Assembly (NCBI RefSeq): GCF_009914755.1 | Contig: NC_060935.1 | DNA length: 64,000 nucleotides | From: the human T2T-CHM13v2.0 reference genome, Homo sapiens | Reading direction: 5' to 3' (one strand) | In this document: positions 25,913 through 39,206 of the stretch, piece by piece | Layout of the letters: each line of letters begins with the position of its first letter | Numbering within the stretch: position 1 is the stretch's first letter | Position numbers and translations under genes: made by a program | The notes under the pieces: model-generated | Databases searched by the model: none | Seen by the model: only the letters and a program-made list of their open reading frames with translations | Told to the model about the DNA's origin: nothing

Positions 25913-28530
25913 TTGACTATTGGTATCTCTAGATTTAGGAAGTTATTATCCCTTTGACTAACATTCTATCCCTCTTTTTCTACCTTCTCTTTGAAGACAG
26001 TAACTCTTAGGTTTGCCTTTTTGAGGTTATTTTCTAGATCCTATAGCTGTGCTTCATTGTTTTAGTTATTTATTCTTATCTCTCTTCTTTGTGTATTTTC
26101 AAGCAACCTCTTCAAGCTCACTAATTCTTTCTTCTGCTTGATCGTTTCTTCTATTAAAGGACTCTGATATATTCTTCAGTATGCCAATTGCATTTTTCAC
26201 CTACAGGATTTCTGCTTGATTTTTAAAAATTATTTCAATCTCTTTGTTAAATTTACCTGATAGAATTCTGAATTCCTTTGGTGTGTTATCTCGAATGGCT
26301 TTGAGTTTCCTCAACACAGCTATTTTGAATTCTCGGTGTGGAAGCTCACATATCTCTGTTTCTCTAGGATTGGTCCCTAGTCCTTTATTTAGTTCACTTG
26401 GTGAGGTTATGTTTTCCTGGCTTGTCTTGATACTTCTAGATGTTTACCTGTTTCTACGCATTGGAGAGTTAGATATATATTGTAGTATTCACAATCTGGG
26501 CTTATTTGCACTCATCCTTCCTGGGAAGGCCTACCAGATATTCAAAAAGGCTTGGGAATTGTGATCTAATCTGTATCTGCTTGAAGGGGCACCCCAAGCC
26601 CAATAATGCTGTGGTTCTTATAGACTCATAGAGGTACCACCTTGATGGTCTTGGATAAGAGCCAGAAGAATTCTCTGGATTACCAAACAGACATTCTTGT
26701 TCTTTTCCCATACTTTGTCCCAAACAGAGTCTCTCTCTCTCTCTCTCTGTTCTGAGCCATCTGGAGCTAGGGGTTGAGTGACACAAGCTCCCCTGTGGCC
26801 ACTGCTCCTAGGACTGCACTGGGTCAGATCTTAAGCCAGCACGGTATTGAGTCTCACCCAAGGCTTGCTGCAACTACTCCCTAACTACTGCCTATGCTCA
26901 TTCAAAGCCCTGGGGCTCTACAATCAGCGGGTGGCCAAGCCAGCCAGTCCTATGTCCTTCCCTTTAAAAGGTGAGTTCTCCCAGGACTTGGACAGGTCCA
27001 GAGGTGCTATCTGGGAGCCAGGGACTATAGCCAAAAACCTTAGAAGTTTACCTGGTGTTCTGTTGTACTGCAGCTGATCTAGCATTCAGATCATAAGACA
27101 CAGCTTTTTTCCGCTCTTCTCTCCCATTTTCAAAGGCAGAGGAGCTTCATACTGTGACCACTGCCACATCAGACTCATCGGGAGTACTGCCAGAATACTG
27201 CAGATATTCCCTTATGGCCCAAGGGCTCTTTATTCAGCTTGAGGTCTGTCTAGCCTGGGACTCACCCTTCAGGGAAGTGGGCTCACCTCTGGCCCAAGGT
27301 AGGACCAAAAATGCCATCCAATAGCCATGTCCTAGAATCGGGAACCCCAAGAGCCTGTTTGGTGTTCTATCCCCCTGTGGCCAAGCGAGTACCTAACATG
27401 AAAGAAAAAGTCCACTTTACTTTTTTCCCTCTGATTTTCTCGAGCAATAGTAGTTTTGCCCCATAGCCACCACATCTGGGAATGTGCTGATTCCCATCTG
27501 AAACCGGCAAATCTCAGAGTCTCATGAAAAGCCCTAAACATAGTTATCTGGGTATTACTGCTGGTTATTCAGGGCCCAAGGGCTCTTCAGTTAGAAACTG
27601 ATGAATCCTGACAGGCCTAGTGCTTCTATTCAAATCAGCGGGTTCCCTTCTGGCTCAGGGTGTGTCTAGAAATGTCATCTGCGATCTAGGGCCTGGAAAA
27701 GGGATGTCACAGCTCTGACTAGTGCCCTGTCCTGCTGTGGCTGAGCTGGTATCCAAGATGCAAGGCAAAGTCCTTCCACTCTTCTGTCTCCTCTCCTAAA
27801 GTGGAAGGAAGGGGTCTCTTTCGGAGCCGTGAGCTGTGCAGTTTGAGGTTAGGAGAGGGGTGAGACAAGTACTCCCTTAGCCATCCCAGCTGGTGTCTCA
27901 GTAGGTCATGTCCCTCTATCCCCCAACTCAACTGGCTCTTGGTCCAGTTCAGCACTAGGACTCACCTAGGTGTTACAGTTCTTGTGGCCTAAACTGCCTT
28001 TCAAGGTTATCTGGGGCCCCAGTGGCCTTTAGCTTGTAGTGGCAAGGCTTGTGGGAATTCAAGTTCTGACTGTTAGAATCTGTAACTCCCCCCTCACTAG
28101 GACTCATTTGAGTGCTCTCTTTATGGGCAGGCATCAGGGGAGTTTGGTCTAGTTTTGCTTTCTTCTATAACAAGGGCAGCACTGAGTTCAGTGCCTCATA
28201 ATCACTGACTCTCCATCTCCATAGGGCACAAAAATACTCTCTGCATCATGCTTCCACTACCCAGGGATTGGAGAAGTGTGACATCGGTGATTCGGAACTG
28301 TTTTTTCTACCTGTTCAGTGCCTCTTTCAGTGATATGAAGTTAAAACCAGGTATTGTGAGTGCTCACCTTATTTTTGGTTCTTACAAAGGTGCTTTTTTC
28401 TGTAGATAGTCATTAAATTAGTGTCCTTGGCAGGGCAGGTGGGGAGCAATATTTGTTGGACCCTTCTATTCCACCACCATCTTGCTGCAGCCCTCCTTTT
28501 AATTTCACTGGCGTTTTTGCAGGCTTCTTT

Positions 28531-28778
28531 TTTAAAAAGTATCATTGTTATTATTATTAGATACAAGAGACTGTGTATTACTCTGTTGCCCAGGCTGGAG
28601 TGCAGTGGTGCGATCATAGCTCACTGCAGCCTGGAACTTCCACCTCAGCCTTCTGAGTGGCTAGGACTACCAGCACATGCCACTACACCAGGCTACCAAA
28701 AAAAAAAAAAAAAGAAAGAAAGAAAGAAAGAAGAGAGAGAAAGAAAGGAAGGAAAGAAAAAGAAAGAAAGAAAGAAAG

Positions 28779-28825
<47 letters not shown>

Positions 28826-28927
28826 TAGTTCATAGAAATTGGAGTCTCAATATGTTGCCTGGGCTGACCTCAAAATCCTGACCGCAAGGCATCCTCCTGC
28901 CTCGGCCTCCCAAAGTGCTGAGATTAA
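28531..28927 (-). mobile_element. 5'-truncated AluJ with internal A/(GAAA)n tract
   Basis: Both monomers recognisable; perfect TSD TGCAGGCTTCTTT at 28518-28530 and 28928-28940. Confidence 0.85.
28698..28820 (+). repeat. A16 plus (GAAA)n microsatellite
   Basis: Pure purine run. Confidence 0.95.
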
Positions 28928-29500
28928 TGCAGGCTTCTTTATATGTGTAAACATCCCTTTTAAATTATAAATGTAAATATTTAGAAAACATTATCTTGCC
29001 CCATAAATTAATAAGTTTATACACTTTTTCAGATTTAACCTCCAAAAAAATAAAAATCTGTATCTTAAATGAACTTGGCCACCCAATTAAATTTGAGTCA
29101 GAGCCTGCCTACTTTAATTAACAAAGAAAAATATACTGTGTAGTTTTACATAAAACAATGGTTGACTGAATAATAATAGGTAATCTTTAACTATTTTGGG
29201 CATGACCATCTGTTGTTAAGATCATTTTAAATCATGTATTCTTATAATAATCTGCAAAATAAATCCCAAGTCAACTTTCTCTCTTGGTGAAACATCATTT
29301 GTGATTTTCAACAGTCAGCCTGTTTTGTGATTCTGTTTATTGGAATTTCTGATTCTAATAGTAGTGAATTAGTTTGTTGTAAGTAATCTAATTATGTGGC
29401 CATTCTTACTTGTTGAAATAATGTAGTTGATATTTCTAATAATTTTAATTACTTTAGTTCAAAAAAGAGTTATTAGTCACTATCTTTAAAAGGCACTGCC

Positions 29501-29810
29501 GGCCAGGCACGATGGCTCAGGCCCGTAATCCCAGCACTTTGGGAGGCCATGGTGGGTGGATCACGAGGTCAGGAGATCGAGACCATCCAAGCTAACACGG
29601 TGAAACCGCATCTCTACTAAAAATACAAAAGAAAAATTAACCAGGCATGGTGGCAGGCGCCTGTGGTCCCAGCTACTCAGGAGGATGAGAAAGGAGAATG
29701 GCGTGAACCCGGGAGATGGAGCTTGCAGCAAGCAAAGCCCGTGCTACTGCACTCCAGCCTGGGCGACAACAGAGCGAGATTCCGTCTCAAAAATAAAAAA
29801 ATAAATAAAT
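29501..29810 (+). mobile_element. AluY-like, full length
   Basis: GATCACGAGGTCAGGAGATCGAGACCATCC..GGAGAATGGCGTGAACCCGGG; TSD AAAGGCACTG(C/A)C. Confidence 0.95.
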
Positions 29811-30707
29811 AAAGGCACTGACAAAAATGTTTTTATTCTGATACAAAACTTTTTGAGAGGTTAAAGATCATCTGTAAACAGATAAAAATAAATCATGAAT
29901 TAATACGTTGGTGATTTTTGTTGAGAAGTGGTGATGATGAAGAAACAAAGGCTTTGTGAAATATGCAAGACTGGGTAAAACAAGGAGAGAAAAATAGTAT
30001 AGCAATAGTTATTAGAATGATGGAACCGAGTGAACTCGTTGAATTGCTTAGAGGTCATTGCAGCCATCAAGTGTGGGTTGCATTTTACTAGTATGGCAAA
30101 ATGACCTAATAATTGAACCAAAAATTGAAGTTAATTTGTAAGAATTATGTGACTACTTAGTAGAAGAAAAAGGATGTGATATTGGGAAAGGAAAGCTTAA
30201 TAATAAATTGTCATTAAGACACAAAGTCAACTATCATTTATTGTTACTATATTCCAATTTCTGTGCTAGGCACTTACACTTACCATCGCAAGTTGCTCTC
30301 AGGTTATTCATTTATCCAACATGCAATAAGTTTCTGGGAGTTATAAGGTGTTTTGCCAGGGATATGATAATTAATATCATAACCTTGTTGGAGGCTTAGT
30401 TTGCAAAACATATTTATAAGATGATTATCAAAAAAAGAATGATTAATGACTTGATAGAAGAGTACAAATAGTGGTGAATTATAGGAAAAAGAAATACACT
30501 CCGTTTAGCTTGTATTTTAGTTTCCTAGCTAGAAAATGAAAGAGCTAAAATTTAAGTTCAATACACAAGCTATGCAGCCTTGTTTTCTTTATCTCAATTT
30601 ATAAAATTATAAGAAGGTCCTTTGCAATTTGTAGAAGAACTGACACGGTTAAGGAAATAGGTGAAAACAAGGACAAGAATTAACTTACAGGAGAAAAATG
30701 CACATAC

Positions 30708-30808
30708 CTTTCCTTGTTTTCATAAAAGACTGGCAAGCTAGATCCATATTGCCAGAGCCATGAAAGACTGTTCTAAATAACATGCTAGATGCCTGATGTG
30801 AGTCCAAA
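30708..30808 (-). other. Candidate spliced exon, 101 nt
   Basis: Minus strand: CCTTTTGTTCCACAG| acceptor and AAG|GTATGT donor in unique sequence. Confidence 0.35.
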
Positions 30809-31563
30809 CTGTGGAACAAAAGGTTTCTAAATGTATTTTTTTTGCAAGTATTTATTCTTGATGATTAAAGGGACCCAAAACCAGAGAAGAAGAGAGAGAG
30901 AGAGAAATAGCTAAACAGCTGTAAATTTATCCAGAAAGTACTACTCAAATTCTCCTTGATTTTCCCTGGGCAACAATCAGCAAACTTTTCATTAGAAGGA
31001 ACTTTAAAAGGTTTGCTGATTTGCAAAACATGGCATGAATAATGTGTACATTACTTGCATAATTGGTTTTGTGCGTACATATGGCACATGCTATTTTGGA
31101 AATGTACCCCCTCTGTGTTCATTATAGCTGTTGCTCACTCTATTCCCTGATAATCATTTATAGTTACTTGTCACAGTTTATTATTAGAAAATTAATGAAT
31201 CAGCAGTTTTGTGCACTCTCCTTTAACAACCTAATCTTAGAAGTTTCCAAACCACAGTATACAGTAATAGAAAGCAAGTAGATTTCCCAAATTTATTTGC
31301 GTATATTGAGCTGCGCATTTTACAGAGATTATCTGAACTTTCATAAATAAAACTTTCATTATTCTTTATGAATTGTTCTATTACATTCACAGAAAACATT
31401 TTATGAAATAAAGTTAATCAATAAATCTATATTGGTAACATGTTTATTTTCACATATTTTCTAATTTTTACATAGCTTAAGTTTTTCCCTTGTCTGTTGA
31501 AATTTCCACAATATATAATTACAATTTTTCAGTTGAGGAAGCCAGAAATCAGACAGAAAAGAG

Positions 31564-31862
31564 GGCCAAGAGCAGTAGCTCACACCTGCAATCCCAGCAC
31601 TTTGGGAGGCCACAGACAGATTGCTTGAGCCCAGGAGACCAGCCTGGGCAACATGGTGAAACCCCATATCCACAAAAAAATATGAAAATTATATGGGTGT
31701 GGTGGTGCCCACCTGTAGTCCCAGCTATTTGGGAGACTGAGGAAGGAGGATGGCTTAAGCCTGGGAAATGGAGGTTGCAGCAAGCCAAGATCATGCTATT
31801 GTATTCCAGCCTGGATGACAGAATGAGACCTTGTCTCAAAAATAAATAAATAAATACAAAAA
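31564..31862 (+). mobile_element. AluJ
   Basis: TTGCTTGAGCCCAGGAG..CAGCCTGGGCAACATGG; A-rich tail. Confidence 0.92.
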
Positions 31863-32839
31863 ATTTTTTTAAAAAAATTAGAAAGAAGCTCTTTTTATCA
31901 CAGCTCTTAGGGTTTTATGTGGCTTGGAGATGAGCCCAAGGAGAACTTCCACCCAGGAGACTCTTAATTTGACTGTTTCTACTTCAAATTACTCCTATTT
32001 GTAGCCTAGAGCCCAAGGAAATAGAATAGCATTTGCCCTTGCCAGCAAAGATCTGGATTATCAGACAAGGATTTTAAGCCATGCACTATTTGTTTAAAAA
32101 TTTCTAAACTTAGCACTAAAGTCACTGTATAAACCCATGGAACTCCAGTTTCATTTCTTACATATGGTTGATTGGTAAAACAACCTGTAGACTCCACATA
32201 GACTAACGGAATAAATAACACATGCAATCCTATTTTGAATGTTTCATAAGACATTTATCTCCCACATATAGACCCTTAACTATGGGCCAGACAAGATATA
32301 TTACTTTGAATTACTTTGACAAACTAAGAAGCATACCAGAATAAAAATAAAGTAATGGGGAAATGAAGCTTTTAAATAATATTATTCAAAATTATCTCAA
32401 ATTATATTGTATTAAGATGTATCATAGATATGTAACATTTCCTTGTATGATTTTTATATAGAAGAAATATATTATTTGAACTTTCTTAAGAAGGCAAATG
32501 ACAAAGTTTTCAGAGTTTATAGAATATTGTAGTATAATTCTAAGTAAGATACTGTACTGTACATTGGTGAGGGACAGGGAAAACAAAGGTGAATAGATAG
32601 TTTCTTATCCTCAAAATCCATTCAATATTTTTTGAATATGTTCTTTATACCAGCCACAAATGTGCCAATTCTAGGGAATATATATAAAGATCCCAACTTC
32701 AAGTTAATCAAAATCTGTAGTTTCCAAGTCTTCATACTAATAGCTAATTGGGAAGGCTGTTCAAACAATGAATACTATTTATCACTGTATCAATTTCACC
32801 ATCTCATTGCTATCCTCACCTCCATCATCATCATCATCG

Positions 32840-33060
32840 TCATCATTGGACATGTTATATTTAGTACTATGCACCAGCTACTCTGTTAATAATTGTTGAT
32901 ATTTATTACACATAATCTTCACAATAATTCTAGGAAATAGATGCCACTTTAATCCTGTTTCACAGAGAAGGAAACAGCCTTGAAGAAATAATATAAAATT
33001 CCCGAGGTCGCCATGCCACACTCATTGTGAACTCAATTCTAGCTTTTCACCACAACGTTA
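32840..33060 (-). mobile_element. MIR
   Basis: TAATCTTCACAATAATTCTAGGAAATAG..TTTCACAGAGAAGGAAACAG. Confidence 0.6.
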
Positions 33061-33654
33061 TAGTGCATTCTTTATCACTTGCTCTCTTTATGGAAGAGTT
33101 TGTATTGTATTATTGTTTTAACCCATAAATGAGGCTGTATTTTTGTTGCCCTTTTCTGTAGATGAATTAGTAAGTTTAAATTTGAATTAGAAGATCACCC
33201 TGCATCAATCAGAGCAGGGTGAATATAACTAATTTAATTGTTTTATTACCAGAGTACATCACCAAGCAGACATCAACAACAAATTGCACATTTGACTTTA
33301 TGACTTTATTATAAACTGCAGCAGCATGTGGATTCTACGACCAATGACACAGCTTATCTCTTTGCACCTTGTTAACCTTTTATTTCACTGTTCTTTAAAG
33401 TGAGAACTCAGAAGTCAGAGCAGCATCTGTCTCTGCCATATCTTTGCAGGCAAATTAATCTACATCAAAGCACCCTGAAAAAAATACTTAGAGTCAAGTA
33501 TTAACGGGGAAGGTATAATGTTAAAGAGAGCAAGGAAGAGGAAGATTAACTAGAACAGGCAATAAACACAAAAGCAAGGGACTTAGTCTGAAATATCTTG
33601 ATATGTCAATGGGCAACTAACAGTGTGACAAGTTATCATTAAAGAATTCAGCAG

Positions 33655-34005
<351 letters not shown>

Positions 34006-34679
34006 TCAGTAATCTTGTTTCAAAATTCGTTTTTTTCTCAGAAGTCTTTGTTGTAATGACACTTGAAACTACATACAATTCATGACTCTCTTATAGGTGT
34101 TTATAAAGTTGGGAAAAGTAACACAGTAAGAGACTTCACCATCTGCAAGTGAAAAAAATCCTTTTATTTATAATCTCAACTATTCTGCCAAAACCAGTGC
34201 TTTCTGTCTAGAATAAATTGATTTTTGCTTATGCATAAATTAAATGTCAACACATCTTTCACAAATCTACTTATGGCCAGCCAAAAACCAAGCTGTTGAG
34301 CTAGAAAACAAATTTAATACAGATAACTAGATATTCTATTTGTTCAACAAATAGATACAAAAGAAAGGAGCTTCAGTGATCCCAAGTTGTCAGTGTTAAT
34401 TAGCTGATATTTGAAGAAAATTCCTGCCTCTTCCTCCTAAACCACTGTGGATCAGGAAACCTGTTATATATTATATTTCTGTCCAACTATGTCTTATAAC
34501 GCATTAGTTCCAGCTGAACAAACGCTGAGAAAATAACAAAAATATACATTTCCATATTGCAATATTGATATCACTGTGTTAACACGTTTAATTTAAATTC
34601 TAGAAAGTTTTGAGCTGGGTGTGTTGGTGATGCTCTTTCTCTGCCCCATGGAAAGGGGATGTATGTGTATAGTTGTGCA

Positions 34680-35220
34680 CACATGGATATTTAATAAGTG
34701 CCTGCTGAGTGCCAGAAACTCTTTTAAGCACTATGACCTGGAGATACAGCAGAAAATTATATACATATGTGTGTATGTATGCAGAATATATATAGAATAT
34801 ATATGTATAAGAATATATATATACATTCTTAACTTTACAAAGAAGTTCAGCAATGAACAAATACATATACAGTATGTCATGAGGTCAGGCTAGGCAGAAA
34901 AATAGAGCTATATAATCAGGGCAGATAGTGATAGGGGTATGGGAGGGATGTTTTGAGAAGTTCTCTCTGTTAAAATGACATCTGAGCAGGACCTGAATTA
35001 TGGGAGAGACTAAGATGTGTGGATATCTGGGGGAAATTATTTCAAGCACAGAGAAGAGTGCCCAAAATCCTGAGACTAAAATAATCTTGCTATTCTGGAA
35101 GAATGGCAAGAAAGTCTTTGTGTCTGTCGTGAGTGACAGAGGAGAGAATGGCAGACAATCAAACGGGTGGTCAGAGTAAGGATACTGAATATAGTTTAAC
35201 AAGGAAGGAAAGCATTTTGA
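34680..35220 (-). mobile_element. L2 fragment
   Basis: ATATTTAATAAGTGCCTGCTGAGTGCCAG..; GACATCTGAGCAGGACCTGAA..TATCTGGGGGAA..TTCAAGCACAGAG. Confidence 0.7.
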
Positions 35221-35395
35221 GGATAGAATTTTCTGTGCTTTTTAGTTGCCTTTGGCTTCCTGTTATAAATATCTGAACTATTTTATTTTTTAAGAAAACT
35301 CCAGTAAAACAGGCAACTCAATATTGTAATTCTTGAAGTATTTGTTCTCATGGATTATTTCAACAAGGCATGCTAAAACACAAACTCTTTGGAAT

Positions 35396-36053
35396 TATAG
35401 GCGTGAAAATGTGTGATATCTTTTCTTACCCATCATCCATCATAAGGGTCGTGGTGAGCATTCCTATAAACAAAAAGGAGGTTAACAGGAGCAAAGCACA
35501 ACAGATTTATTTAATCAAAGTTTTACACAACACGTTGAACCTTCAGATTGAATAACCTAAAGGTACATGGGAAGCCATCTGATTTTCTTCTGAGGTTTAA
35601 TGAAGCAGGGACAGTGAGTAGAAATGTGACTGGATAAAAAAAAAATGTGTGATCTAATAGTAGTCTAATAGTGTGAGGAAGAAAACCCAGCAAGGCTTGT
35701 CTGTTCAGCTTCTTCTTGGCCTCTCTGTGAGGCATTCTCTCCTTCCTTCTGGGTATGGGGCAGGGCCTCTCTGGAATGTGGGTCTTATAACCTATACCAG
35801 GTAAATCAGAAAATTTATTTATGGCCAGCTGTTATGCAGAAAAGAGGGGGAAAGTTAAAGTAATACTTTCAGGTTTTATGGCTGTCTTTGACGAAAGGGA
35901 GTTCTGGTTTCTATGACTCACATTGTGGGTGGGGGATTCTAGTTGTTTCTATGGCTAGCCTCTGGAGAAACTGAGGGGAGAGCAGGAGAGTGTCAAAGAT
36001 AAACTTTGCTTCTGAGGCCTTCACTTTGTGATATCATTTTCTGGGCCCCAATA
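35396..36053 (-). mobile_element. MER39-family solo LTR (ERV1)
   Basis: Reverse strand T(A)TTGGGGCCCAGAAAATGATATCACAAAGTGAAGGCCTCAGAAGC..GGCTAGCCATAGAAAC..GAGAGGCCAAGAAGAA. Confidence 0.85.
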
Positions 36054-36321
36054 AGACCTAGCACCACCAAAATGTGAACTAATTAACAGATAGTCGTGCA
36101 ATCATTCCTTTCCATTAACGTAACTTGCATAGCTCTTCAACACTTTAGAATGGTAGAGGGGGCATCAATATTATGAAGAAGGAAATTGAGTTCCACAGAA
36201 GTTGAATGATTTAATCCGAACTCAAAGAGTCAATTAATTCTGCTCTTGATTTTTCCAGTGTTTATTTATTTCAAAAACCTAAGTTAAGTTACACAAAACC
36301 GAACAATATAAGTAGCCTCAA

Positions 36322-36530
36322 AATAGTGCACTGTAGTCAGCTTGTACCTGATTTTCCATTTGTATGTGCATTTCTTCCCAACTTCAAGTTCAGTGGCAGC
36401 TCACTGGCAGCTTGGAGTTAGCCTTGGTGGGAGTATTTAGACCATGAATATTAGCAAATGCTATATAATTCAGGGTTTTATTTACTTATTTATTGGTGTT
36501 TCTTGGACAGCCTAATTACCAGCATACTGG
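36322..36530. mobile_element. MER63A-like (hAT-Blackjack)
   Basis: CTTCCCAACTTCAAGTTCAGTG..GGTGGGAGTATTTAGACCATG..TTACCAGCATACTG. Confidence 0.65.
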
Positions 36531-36606
36531 AAATTACAAGTATGCAGGGTATTTTTTCAACATATATTATCTAAACTTTTACATAAAAAAGGAGCATTCT
36601 AATGCC

Positions 36607-36905
36607 TTTTTTTTTGAGACAAGGTTTTGTTCTGTCACCCAGGCTGACTGAGTACAGTGGCTCAATGACAGTTCAGGGGAGCCTCAAACTCCTGGGCTCA
36701 AGTAATCCTCCTGCCATAGCCTCCCCAGTAGCTAGGACTACAGGCAAGCATCACCATGCCTGGCTAATTTATTTTTATTTTCATGTTGGTGAGATGGGTT
36801 CTCAGTATGTTACCCAGGCTGGTCTCAAATTCCTGGCTTCAAGCAAACCTCCTGCTTAATCTCCCAAACTGCTGAGATTACAAGCATAAGCCATCATGCC
36901 CAGTC
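36607..36905 (-). mobile_element. AluJ
   Basis: CCTCAAACTCCTGGGCTCAAGTAATCCTCC; short TSD TCTAAT. Confidence 0.9.
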
Positions 36906-36916
36906 TCTAATACTAC

Positions 36917-37245
36917 TGTCACAGGTGCAAGTATCTGGGGCCGGTGTCATGGGTGGTAAAGGAATTTACCAAGACAGTTGTAGGTAAAGAAAGATAGATT
37001 ACAGGGAAAGTACATTGCAAGGTAGCAACGGGCATCACAACAGAGAAGGGGCTGTCTGCAAGGAGGCAGAGGCTGGAGGGAAGTTTTATAGGGTTGTGCT
37101 GGAAGGGGCTATGTGCAAAACAAGGTATTTGGGAAGGGGAGATTATGCCAGTGAATTGTTTGTAAATAGCTGTGTCTTAGAACAATTGTTCTCTCCCACT
37201 TGGGAGCTCTTCCTTGTTGTTACTTACTCATATCAGGACTCCACA
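36917..37245 (-). mobile_element. LTR47-like solo LTR (ERVL)
   Basis: 329 bp with TG...CA termini; reverse begins TGTGGAGTCCTGATA and contains CCCTATAAAACTTCCCTCCAGCC; perfect 5-bp TSD ACTAC. Confidence 0.8.
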
Positions 37246-39206
37246 ACTACTTCTACTTTGCACTTGTACATTTTACTGAAAGTATCTGCTTATGAGGCTT
37301 TAAACTCCAAGAGGCAGAGACTGACCTATTTTTCTGTGTATCCAAACTAGAATTGAACAACAAACGCAAATTGACTTTAAAATCAATGACCTTCACAGAT
37401 AAAGTGTCAATGAATTATTTTTTAAAATTAATTTTTAAATTACAGTTCAATCAAGTTAAAAAAACCCAACTTGGTCTAACTTGTCAAATAGCAGCGTGAA
37501 TACATTTTATATCTTTCTATTATTTTTCAATAAGTTATTTTTATATTAGGTAGTCTTGGTCCAATATTAGTGTGATAATATGTAGATTAAACACACTCAT
37601 TGGTTTGACAGGCAAAGCTTGATTTGTCAAAAATACACGGATTATTAAAACACATTTTTAATTAGACAGTGGTTATCTCAGGGAAGAAATTGCTAAGTAT
37701 AAAATAATGACATAAGTGAATATGTTAATCTACACTTAGTATACAACAAAACACTATTCACAATGTACCGTCAACTTGGTGTGAATGTTAAGTTTTTGCT
37801 AGAAATGCACAAAAGATGTTTCATTAAGAGTTTGATTTCACTTTATTTGTAAATGTGTCTTAATAGACTTTATTATAGCCATTGTGTTGAGTTGAAGTGC
37901 TCAATTATTCCTACTATTTTATGTTAAATTGTACTATTATCTAGGAAAATAAAAGGCTGAGTTGAAGAATCTAATGCTTATTCAATTGTAAGTATTGTCC
38001 CATGAAAGCAGAGACTCTTCATTTCCATTCTTTTGTAAATTCATGGTGTCACAAGTAGGATTTTTATTTATTACTTTTAATCTTCAATAAACACAAATTA
38101 TAAATCACATTCTTTGGATACTAAAACCATTACTAGCTATTGTTAGACTTAATAGACTTTATTGTCCCCATTTTGGTGAGTTGAAGCATTCAGTTGAGTG
38201 CAATGAGATGTATTCAATTGTGGTAACATTAGAAAAGTTTCATGTTTAAACGGTGATCTCTGAGAAGTTACTCTTGTAAATTTAAGTTATGCCGACTTGG
38301 ACAACTCTTTTCAGATTTATGAATATATAGCCTTGGTCACAGAAGTAATTTAATCTGCTCAAGGTTTTTAAAGTATCTAATGCACTTCTCTTTTATTTCT
38401 GCTGGTTACAATACTGCTAGAAAAGTCAGCCTTGCTAAGGTTAATCCAAGATTACACTTGCAATTTCTGTGTAACTTCAATCAAAATAGTAGAGAAGAAT
38501 ATTGGGATAATTTCATGACTACATTGCTAAAAATAAATTACTTCTAGTTTTTAAATGGAAAAACAAAAAAATTTAAAGAACCAACGTGAAAACAACAACT
38601 TTAAAAAAAAGGTATGAGTTATTCTTACTCTATGTGGAAAATAAATTATGTGAATAATTTTTGCTTGTTTTGGCACATTTCTTTAACTAGATCCATAGGC
38701 AAGAAAAGACAGTAAAACTCAAGTTGACATCAAGCCATTAAAGACCTGGAAAGAAGAGGGTGTTAAAAGCGCTCAAGTTCAGATAACATGTCCAAAGGGA
38801 TAATTGATGCTGCAAATTTTTAATTGGATTTAATTGGATCCAAGAACATTTAATTGGATTATTTGATCTTTAGCTAAAATTACTTTTCTTTTTGGAAGTT
38901 TTCGGTACAGACAATGATTTCTGATTATTGAGACTAACCTGATGCACTTCATTTTGGAAACCATTTCAACTGTCATTAAAAAGACTTGTTTGGGGTTTCT
39001 TTCTTCCCATGGCTCTAATGTAATTGACAAGTGCCTTTTCAGTAAATTACACTCATTACCTGTTCTACTTACTCTTGCTAGTTATTTTTCTTAAGTATCT
39101 GTCGAATCATGTCGTGATCCTGAATTAAACTCCTCATGATGCCTCCAAATAAAGTCCATGTCCTACTTTATGTCATACAAGCCTTTTAATCATTCTAAAG
39201 TTACCT

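Noticed and set aside
28657-28881. Lys/Arg/Glu-rich ORFs (also 52706-52915)
   Set aside because: Translations of (GAAA)n and (GAAAA)n microsatellites.
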